This document shows, piece by piece, positions 29,008 through 37,600 of a stretch of 64,000 bases of DNA. The notes below the pieces were generated by a model. It ran no database searches. It had not been told where the DNA came from and saw only the letters and a program-made list of their open reading frames with translations. This DNA is from Fibrobacteria bacterium. Lineage in GTDB: Bacteria > Fibrobacterota > Fibrobacteria > UBA11236 > JADFYW01. The stretch is taken from NCBI GenBank assembly GCA_050294405.1, contig JBNKOC010000004.1, positions 64,001 through 128,000 of the forward strand, read 5' to 3'. Position numbers and translations under genes: made by a program. Positions within the stretch are counted from its first letter, which is position 1. Every line of letters starts with the position of its first letter.

Positions 29008-30611
29008 TATTTTGGCAATTGGCTTATATCCATTTCGGAATGAAAAATCTGAGTTGAGCTGTCCGGGTAATCCATATTAAAATGAAGTCCACGGGATTCT
29101 TTGCGCTGAAGAGCGCAAACAATAATGAGTTCGGCAATCAAGGCCAGGTTGCGGATTTCAATTAAGTAGGGATCCACAGTATAGGACGCGTAATCAGAAA
29201 ACACCTGGGTGTTAATAAGGCGGATAAAATCCAGCGCGCGCTTAAGCCTTTTATCGCTGCGAACAATTCCAACATAATTCCACATTATGTTCTTGAGGTT
29301 TTCCAAAGCTGATGTATACACACTTAAGTCTTCAATGGGAACCACTTTGGAAGAATCCCACTCGCGAAATTGCCCTTCCTCAATTTTTCCTGGTTCAAGT
29401 CCAGATATATATTCAAAAGCAAGGTCGGAAAAAACAGCTGCTTCCAGCAAGGAATTTGAAGCCAGGCGGTTAGCTCCATGGACTCCGGTAGAAGCCGTTT
29501 CGCCACAGGCAAATAAGCCCTTCAAACTTGATTCGCTGTTTTCATTAACCTTTATCCCGCCGCAAATAAAATGGGCCGCCGGCACAACAGGAATCCAGTC
29601 CTTTTCCATGGAAAAGCCGCGCAATTTGCAATGAGAATATATGTTAGGGAAGTGTTTTTCCAAATTTTCCTGGCTAAAAGCAGTCATATCCAAATAAACG
29701 CATGGTTTTCCCGATAGTTTCATTTCCGCATCTATACATCGGGCTACAACATCTCTGGGAGCTAAGTCCGCCATGGGATGTTTATTCGCCATTATAGCAT
29801 CCCCATTTTGGTTGCGCAATATTCCCCCATGACCTCTTAATGCCTCTGAAATTAAAAATATTGGATGGCCTGGATCGTATAAACTTGTGGGGTGGAATTG
29901 AATAAACTCCATATCCTCCACCTTAGCCCCTGCTCGGACAGCCATAGCTATTCCATCTCCTGTGCTCACTTTATCGTTTGTGGTATAGGCATATACCTGA
30001 CCCGCCCCTCCGGTGCACATAATGGTATAGTGGGCTAAATACATTTCCACTTTTTTGCTTTGCAAATCTAAGGCGTAAATTCCATAACATGCCGGTTTCA
30101 TTTCTGTGAGCGCATGTCGGTGGGTAATTAAATCCAGCCCCATGTGTTTATCTTTTACCAGGATGTTAGGATTACGCTTCACTTCTTCCACCAAGGCCCT
30201 TTGAATTTCCCTGCCTGTTAAATCCTCCGAATGGAGAATACGGGAATTGGAATGGCCTCCTTCCCTCGCTAAATGGTAAGGAGAGCCCTCTCCCTTATTC
30301 TCAGTTTTGGAAAAACGCACGCCCCAATCCACCAATTTTTGAATGGCCCCTGGACCTTTATTAACCAAAATTTTTACCCTGTCATTTCGGCAAAGACCAG
30401 CTCCAGCCAAAAGCGTATCCTGAATGTGGTTTTCCAGGCTGTCTTTGGGAGCCATTACCGAGGCAATTCCCCCTTGGGCCAAATTTGTGGAACCTGAACT
30501 CTCAAAGGATTTGGTAATTATCAGAACTTTTCCCTTTTTAGCTGCATTTAGCGCAAAAGAAAGTCCTGCCAGTCCAGAGCCTACCACTATAAAATCAAAG
30601 GTTTTTTCCAT
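29007..30611 (-). CDS. nadB: L-aspartate oxidase
   Basis: VVGSGLAGL, AQGGIA, REGGHS..RILH, MEFIQFHPT, LISEALRG.G, LAPRDVVAR, GVHGANRLASNSLLE and ESRGLH. Confidence 0.96.
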   Translation of the reverse strand: MEKTFDFIVVGSGLAGLSFALNAAKKGKVLIITKSFESSGSTNLAQGGIASVMAPKDSLENHIQDTLLAGAGLCRNDRVKILVNKGPGAIQKLVDWGVRFSKTENKGEGSPYHLAREGGHSNSRILHSEDLTGREIQRALVEEVKRNPNILVKDKHMGLDLITHRHALTEMKPACYGIYALDLQSKKVEMYLAHYTIMCTGGAGQVYAYTTNDKVSTGDGIAMAVRAGAKVEDMEFIQFHPTSLYDPGHPIFLISEALRGHGGILRNQNGDAIMANKHPMADLAPRDVVARCIDAEMKLSGKPCVYLDMTAFSQENLEKHFPNIYSHCKLRGFSMEKDWIPVVPAAHFICGGIKVNENSESSLKGLFACGETASTGVHGANRLASNSLLEAAVFSDLAFEYISGLEPGKIEEGQFREWDSSKVVPIEDLSVYTSALENLKNIMWNYVGIVRSDKRLKRALDFIRLINTQVFSDYASYTVDPYLIEIRNLALIAELIIVCALQRKESRGLHFNMDYPDSSTQIFHSEMDISQLPK

Positions 30612-30737
30612 AGAATTGAAATCTCTCACAAAGATATCAATAACGACGGGTCCCGGCCATTCAATTTAAAATTCTTGCAGAATTTGCCCTAGTTAGGTAG
30701 ATTTACCCGCCTAACTTCCAAAAATAGGAGACACGCC

Positions 30738-32564
30738 ATGGCTATGGTTTGGATAACCAAAAACGCTAAGTATTTTGTAATCACGTTTGGTGCATTGGTT
30801 GCCATTGGCATGTTGTTCATGTCTCCTATAACCGGTCAAGGCGGCACCCAAAGCACAACCTATATAGCCAAAGTAAATGGCGAAGTAATTTCCTTAGAAG
30901 AATTCCGCAACGAACTCAACCAATATCAGGAACAGGAACGCAATAACACTGGTGTTTCCCCCGATGGCAAGCAATTGGCTCAGATGAGAAAAAACCTTTT
31001 GGATTATAAAATTCGCACCACTATTTTAAATGAACTTATTGATAAGTACGGCTTTCACGCTTCTTCTGAGGAAATGTGGGATTATCTGGAAAACAACCCA
31101 GATCCAGTGGTTCAACAAGACACAAATTTCCAGACGAATGGCCAATATGATAAAGCTAAGTTTCTTAATTGGCTCCATCAGGAAAACAGCATTTCAAACC
31201 CCTATGTTCGTTACATGGAGTTTCGCATGAAGCAAATGATTATTCCTGAAAACCAAATCAGAACTCTTAGCCGCAACCAATTTCATGCCACCCATTTGGA
31301 AATGGCCTTCGATGATTTACAAAAACAGCGTAAAGCCAAATTTGTTTATTATAAAGTATTATTTGACTCTTTGCCTGCTGTGGATACAAGCATCAGTGAA
31401 GATGCCATTAAAGCTAAATTCGATGCCCTTCCAGATAGTTTTTACGTTAAAGAAGAATCCGCTCAATTGGGCTATATCAGCATTCCCATTATGCCTTCTT
31501 CAAATGATACAGCTATCAGTTTGGATTTGATTAAGGATATTCGGGATAAAATAGTGGATGGTGCTGAATTTGAAGAAATGGCCATTAGCTATTCCGACGA
31601 TGCTGGCAGTGCCGAAAATGGTGGCTCATTAGGAGGGCCACAACTTAAATCTGTTTGGGTTCCCAAATTTTCTGAGGTGGCTTTCAACCTTGAAGAAGGA
31701 CAAGTATCCGAACCTGTTTTGACGCGTTTTGGTTATCATTTAATTCGCTGTAATAAGATTGTTGAAGACAGCGTAAAAAAAGTAGATGCCAGCCACATCC
31801 TGATAAAAATAGAAGCCACGCCCGAAACGGTAGACAGCCTTGTCCAAGAATTAGAACAAGTTAAAACTGAAGTTTCCAAAGCCGGAGATCTAAAAGCTCT
31901 GGCTGAAAAACAAGGACTTCAGTATGCTACTACTCCCAGTTTTCAAAAGTGGAATTTTTCTCCTATGGGCCCCAATTCTTACATATCTGGAATGCACTCT
32001 TTTGCTTTTTCCAGTGTAAATGAAAATGATGTTGTGTCCGAAGTATTGCAAAACGACAATGCTGTTTACCTCTTCGAAAAAGTAGCCCATTATAAACCCG
32101 GCAGACATTTGGAACCTGCCCGAGCCAGCATTAGGAACATTATTCTTCAGGAAAGAAAAGTGGAAATGGCCAAGGCGGAAGTTGAAAAAGCTTTGGCCCA
32201 AATCAAAGGGCTTGAAGTGGAATCCTTGCCTGTGCAGGTTGGTTTAGCCACAAAAGATACTACAGATTTAATTGCGCCTCAGTCTTGGGTACCTGGTGTC
32301 GGTTACGATAAAATCGCAGTTCATAAAATTTTCAACCAACCTGTAAAGCAATGGGGTGAGCCATTAGAAACAGATTACGGAGCTGTAGCGGCCTATGTAT
32401 TGGAAAAGCAGGAAGAAAAATTTGAGAATTTGGTGGCTAGCACAAAAGAGAAAAAGCCCACAGATGTTCAGTATGTTGTCACTTCATTAAACAATAAATG
32501 GTTTACTTCCCTAATGGAAAAAGCCGAGGTGGAAAACAACCTGGATGTAATTTACAGAAATTAA
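30738..32564 (+). CDS. SurA N-terminal domain / PpiD-like parvulin peptidyl-prolyl isomerase
   Basis: N-terminal TM, AKVNGE.I, parvulin motifs FEEMA..YSDD.GSA..GG.LG and F....G.VSEPV.T.FGYHLI, SHILIK. AGGAG RBS. Confidence 0.88.
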   Translation: MAMVWITKNAKYFVITFGALVAIGMLFMSPITGQGGTQSTTYIAKVNGEVISLEEFRNELNQYQEQERNNTGVSPDGKQLAQMRKNLLDYKIRTTILNELIDKYGFHASSEEMWDYLENNPDPVVQQDTNFQTNGQYDKAKFLNWLHQENSISNPYVRYMEFRMKQMIIPENQIRTLSRNQFHATHLEMAFDDLQKQRKAKFVYYKVLFDSLPAVDTSISEDAIKAKFDALPDSFYVKEESAQLGYISIPIMPSSNDTAISLDLIKDIRDKIVDGAEFEEMAISYSDDAGSAENGGSLGGPQLKSVWVPKFSEVAFNLEEGQVSEPVLTRFGYHLIRCNKIVEDSVKKVDASHILIKIEATPETVDSLVQELEQVKTEVSKAGDLKALAEKQGLQYATTPSFQKWNFSPMGPNSYISGMHSFAFSSVNENDVVSEVLQNDNAVYLFEKVAHYKPGRHLEPARASIRNIILQERKVEMAKAEVEKALAQIKGLEVESLPVQVGLATKDTTDLIAPQSWVPGVGYDKIAVHKIFNQPVKQWGEPLETDYGAVAAYVLEKQEEKFENLVASTKEKKPTDVQYVVTSLNNKWFTSLMEKAEVENNLDVIYRN

Positions 32565-33337
32565 TTTTTCTGCAATCGCTCCAGCATCCAATCTATTTCA
32601 GCCTGGAAATAACTACCGGTGCTGGGGAATTTTTTTTTCAGTTGTTTTAGGGATTCCAGCGTTGATTGCGGGTCCGTAAATTTTATGGACAATTCTAACA
32701 AAGAAATAAATTCCATTTTATCTGCCAGTTGGCTGAGGGGTTTATACTCTTTAGCCAGACTAAATTCTTTTAGATGCTTCTTTAATAGCTCCCTAAGCTC
32801 TGTCCATAAATCATTGGCTACGTTTTCCTGAAAACAGATATCCAACCAGCCCTCAAGGTTAAAAGCCAGTAAACCATAAAAGCTGCCTTCATAATTGTCT
32901 TTTACTTGATTATTGAGTTCCACCAGCTTGCTGAGCCAGGATTGAGCCGTTTCAAGGGGTAAATCTGGCAGGTAATCCTTGTCCATTATTTGGCAGTTTT
33001 CCAAATTTTGAATTTTTAATTTTTCTATGACCGGGAGTCCATGCAACCTACAGGCAAGGGCCCGCCCACCATGTCCCTGACATAAGCCATTTTCACCCTG
33101 AAGCCTGCAAAAAAAATTCCCCTCAAAATCAGGGTGGGCAAGCATGGGTTTAGCAATAAAAGCTTCCATTTCCTCTTGAGAATACTCGTTAAGCATCCAA
33201 TTAAACAGGCAAATAAATTCCACTAATGTCATAGTGGGAGAAACGCAGCAACCTTTGCAACCTGCAAAACAGGGCACAGGAGGCAATTTTTTATAAAGGC
33301 TGGATAAAGCCTCTTGTGAATCTGAAATACTGTTCAT
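32561..33337 (-). CDS. YkgJ-family cysteine-cluster protein (CxxxCxxCC)
   Basis: CFAGCKGCC ... C.L....G.C..H..R.L.CRL.G. Confidence 0.8.
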   Translation of the reverse strand: MNSISDSQEALSSLYKKLPPVPCFAGCKGCCVSPTMTLVEFICLFNWMLNEYSQEEMEAFIAKPMLAHPDFEGNFFCRLQGENGLCQGHGGRALACRLHGLPVIEKLKIQNLENCQIMDKDYLPDLPLETAQSWLSKLVELNNQVKDNYEGSFYGLLAFNLEGWLDICFQENVANDLWTELRELLKKHLKEFSLAKEYKPLSQLADKMEFISLLELSIKFTDPQSTLESLKQLKKKFPSTGSYFQAEIDWMLERLQKN

Positions 33338-33582
33338 GGCTTAATCCAAATATCGGATTTTTTTTCAAAGAAATGAATTTAAAAGCCACTTTATCTGGGA
33401 CTTTTACTAAAAAAACTTATTTTGGGTACCTCGGGGCGATGGACTTTCAAAAAAATCAAAAAACTATAAAGAAATGCTTTATTTCATGCCAAAAACGGCC
33501 AATTTTAGTTTTTTAGAAAAATTTTGGACTTGCTATGAAATCAATCTCATTATAAAATTAATTGACTTTATTTAAGGACCAA

Positions 33583-34641
33583 GTGGGAGAAAAAAACAAC
33601 ACCATATTAATTGTCGACGACGAAGAATCAATTTGCGACATCATTAGCGATTATTTGCAGCTTCGGGAATACAACTGCTTAACTGCAAATTCTGTTGATG
33701 CTGCTGTTAATATATTGAATCAGAAGTCAGTAGACTGCATTGTATCTGATATTAAGATGCCTGGCTTGTCCGGTTTGGATTTGCTAAAAATTGTAATGTC
33801 TGACTGGCCCGACCTTGCTGTCATTTTAATTACAGGTCACGGCGAAATAAACACCGCAGTAACTGCAATGCAGGAAGGCGCCTACGATTTTATATTAAAA
33901 CCCATTCAGTTGGAGCATATTACCAAAAGCGTCATGAACGCTTTGGAAAAGAAAAAACTAAAAGAAGAATTAAAGAACTATCAAAAAAATCTTGAAGACT
34001 TAGTAGAAAAACGCACCGCTCAAATTAACGGTACCTTACGGGCCTTAAAGTCTTCCCACTTGGAAACCATTAACATATTGGCAAATGCTGCTGAGTTTAG
34101 AGACGACGAAACAGGCAGCCATGTTTTAAGAATTAGTAAATACTGCGAAATACTGGCCAAGGGTTTGAATATGAGTAAAGAGCAGGTGTGGATGATTACT
34201 AAAGCCAGCCCTTTACATGACATCGGAAAAATCGGGATACCCGATTCCATATTGTTAAAACCCGCACCCTTAACCAGCGCAGAGTTTGAAATAATGAAAA
34301 CCCACCCGGTAATAGGCACTGCCATATTAAAAAACACAAAATCTAATTTGTTAAAAGTGGCGGAACAAATAGCCGAATCCCATCATGAAAAATGGGATGG
34401 CTCAGGTTATCCAAAGGGATTGAGCGGAGAAGAAATCCCCATTGCCGGGAGAATTACTGCTCTTGCTGATGTATTTGATGCCCTAACCATGAAGAGATGT
34501 TATAAGCCCGCTTTTTCAATTGAGAAATCAACCGAAATTATGCGAGAAGGTAGGGGAACCCACTTCGATCCAAAAATCATCGATGTGTTTTTCGAGCACC
34601 TCGATGAAATTATTTCCGTCTACAACACCTACAAAGATTAG
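33583..34641 (+). CDS. Response regulator with HD-GYP domain (RpfG-like c-di-GMP phosphodiesterase)
   Basis: REC (IVDDE, SDIKMPG, ITG, KP), then RD.ETG.H, LHDIGKIG, HHEKWDGSGYP and ADVFDAL..R.YK. GTG at 33583 follows AAGGA; the ORF track starts at 33562. Confidence 0.93.
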   Translation: MGEKNNTILIVDDEESICDIISDYLQLREYNCLTANSVDAAVNILNQKSVDCIVSDIKMPGLSGLDLLKIVMSDWPDLAVILITGHGEINTAVTAMQEGAYDFILKPIQLEHITKSVMNALEKKKLKEELKNYQKNLEDLVEKRTAQINGTLRALKSSHLETINILANAAEFRDDETGSHVLRISKYCEILAKGLNMSKEQVWMITKASPLHDIGKIGIPDSILLKPAPLTSAEFEIMKTHPVIGTAILKNTKSNLLKVAEQIAESHHEKWDGSGYPKGLSGEEIPIAGRITALADVFDALTMKRCYKPAFSIEKSTEIMREGRGTHFDPKIIDVFFEHLDEIISVYNTYKD

Positions 34642-37600
34642 TGGATTTTAATCACTTTTCTATTGGCTGACAAACTTTCAGCACCCATTCTAATCTGAAT
34701 TTGCACAAGGTAAGAGCCTGCTGGCATGGTCTTACCTTGGCTGTTGTTCCCATCCCAGGATACCAATAGCTCGTTTTTACCTTCAGCCAAATTACCTTTA
34801 AATTGGCGCAAAACTTTACCCCGCAGGTCTCTAATGGTCAGTTCATACGGAACCTGGCCCAAATTACTAACCGGAGGCAAACTGTATTTAAACTGGGTTA
34901 TGCTAGTAAAGGGATTGGGAAAGTTCACAAATTGATGGGCGTTTAAACTCTTAAGGCTTTCCGCAAACTCGGAATTTCCAACTGCAAGATAAAACTCCCC
35001 ACTTTCAATTTGAGACTTTTTCAAAAGCACTGGGTTTTCGGAAAGTGAGAAAATTTTGTTGGTCTTTGCGTCCCAAATAAAAGATTGAAGGCTATCAGGA
35101 CCCGCCCAATTGGACTTCTTAACCTGCACCAAGTCGCTGCCTTTTTGAAAATCAATATGCAATGGCCACAGAGAATTCATATTCCCTTCAAACTTCTTTA
35201 CCGAATAGGAATACTCTTTATTTTCTTCCATGTTGGCTGTTATATACGCGCTAAAATTTTGACCGGGAACTAAAGGCGCTTTTCCCATAGTTTTTTCATT
35301 TAGCCCCTGGCCGATAAAAATATGCTGAGTTGCACTGCTGTTATATACATCCACTGCCAACTGATATTTATGGGCACTTTTTCTGCGTTTGGAAAGAGCT
35401 GGGTTATCACTGCGTTGGTTGTCAATATTAGGGAATATTAGTGTTTGGGGAGCTGGAGGCAAAGTAGTGTATCCTTTCCAGGGAAATAAACTAGTTGTAT
35501 CGCTTACTAACTGAATCCAGCTTTTTTCTTCGGGAGAATATTCCCAAATTTCTCCGGCATAGTTCCCAGATGCGGCTCTGAGATCGCCAAGATTAATGGG
35601 GAAGTTATACGGAATTCCAAAATCATTCCAAACTCCGCTGATAAGGGATAAAGATTGTAATTGGTGATCTAATGTTTGGCCTCCATTGGAACGAGGCGTA
35701 AAATAGTTTTTGGATTTGTCTACCACGGCCACCCATATAGCTTTTCCTTTATCCAGCTGAAAACCATCGGTGCTGTTGCCATCGTATTCCACGTATTTAC
35801 TTCCATCCCACCTGGCGATTTTCTGGTTGTATTTATCCCACTTGTTTGCCGTAGATCCGATGGCATTTAACATCATATCTTCAGCATCTACATCTTCAGC
35901 CCAGGGGTAACTGAATAGCTCCCAGGTTTTGGCTTGTTTAATGACTACATCAGCAAATACAGCCTCATCCGTTCCCGCAATTTCACCTCCGGAGGATTGT
36001 TGCAAGGCATTTTCCGTAGAACTGCCAAAACTCACTGGTGCCACCACTCTGGAAAAACTGACTTTGCCTGCATCAAAAACAGCAACCATAAATTCCAAAC
36101 CTCGGGTCACTTTCCTTTGAGTACGGGTTTTAGCATAAACATTGTCTCCGTTTTTAATGTTTACCGAAAGGCTGGTGGAAGGAATATCGCCAGTTGTGGC
36201 TTCTACAACCGATCCCAGTCCCTTAACAGCCATAGCCGCAGTAAAAGTTTCTTCATCCACTGTAAAATCCACAGGTATTTTTCCAAAACCACTGGCAAGA
36301 GTCCCTGTGGACAGCGCCTCTCTAAAAGCATTGAAATAATTAAATGTCCAGTTTCCCTGTAACTCGCTCCCCAAAGAACCTAAGGAAGTATTGAAAATCT
36401 GAAATTTCGAAAAATAATCTGGGTCGAAAATATCATCCGCCATAGAACCTGCCGGCAAAGCCGCCACAGCAATAAAAGGATTGCTGGTTATAAACTGAGC
36501 TCCTGTTAAATTTATATCCACTAGATTGGTGCCTGTGTCAATGGCTGTCTCCAAGCTTTCCAGGCTGAGAGTTCCGCCAGGAGTTGCCACCTGGGCGCCT
36601 CTGGTAAAATAAAAACGCCCTTGCTCCCTGCTGTGGATACTCACTGTAGACACAAGCCCATTTACTTCCACAGACCAACTGGGAACATAAAAAATGCGGT
36701 TTGAAGTTGTGACCCGATAGACTTGCAAATCTGAGGGAATAACTGCTGTAGATGGTAATTCAAAATTTATTTTGAAAAAATTATTCTCCGCTTCTGTGGG
36801 GTCTGTAGTTTGATAACTAAAGTCCGCGTTGATGTATGGCAAGGAATCATATAGCTGCAGCTGAGGAATAGAGGCCTTAATACCGGCATCTATGGACCCG
36901 CCAGAAACCGGATTTGCCACCACATTTTGTGAAGCTTTTTCCCAGGTGTAATAGGTTTTCACAGTGCCGTAAAGATTATCTGTAAAACCCCAGCTATCCA
37001 AATTTTCCGGACACCTTTGTCCAGGAACTGCACCTGAACAGCCTCCTTCCTTAATTACATTGGGTGTAGTAAATTCCACACATCCAGCATGTGCATTTGG
37101 ACCATTGGCCGCAGTGCCAAAAGCCTGGCAGGCTGTGTAAGTAATATTTCCATTTGAATCCAAACCAGATGCGCCTAATGTAAGCTGAAGGCCGCCAAGT
37201 CCACCAGGGCCTAAAGTGGATACGTCAATTTGATTTTGATTAATGGCCTCAGATATTGGAGGAATCGTATTTTCCAATTCTCCTTTAGAATACCATATGT
37301 ACAGATATTTATAAGTAGTGGTATCGTAATTGAGAGAGGTAAAATCAATTGTCACAGAATCCGCTTCATTCTCTATAGTAGAAACACTGATGCGCCCACT
37401 GGTCCAGGCTGAATCATACCTATCTTCTAAGGCGCCTACATCATTGGGAGCTTTTCGAACTCTGCCAAATAAATCTCTGGCCACAGGGTAGCTGGGGGAT
37501 GCACCAAAATTTAAGGAACTACACTCCTCGTCCAATTTACAAGAAAGAGCCGTTTCCAATTTGCTTTCCACAAAGGTACTGATAAAAAGACTGGGATCGG

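Noticed and set aside
33316..33516. 66-aa ORF in the YkgJ / response regulator intergenic region
   Set aside because: AT-rich divergent promoter region, GTG start overlapping the opposite gene, and no motif.
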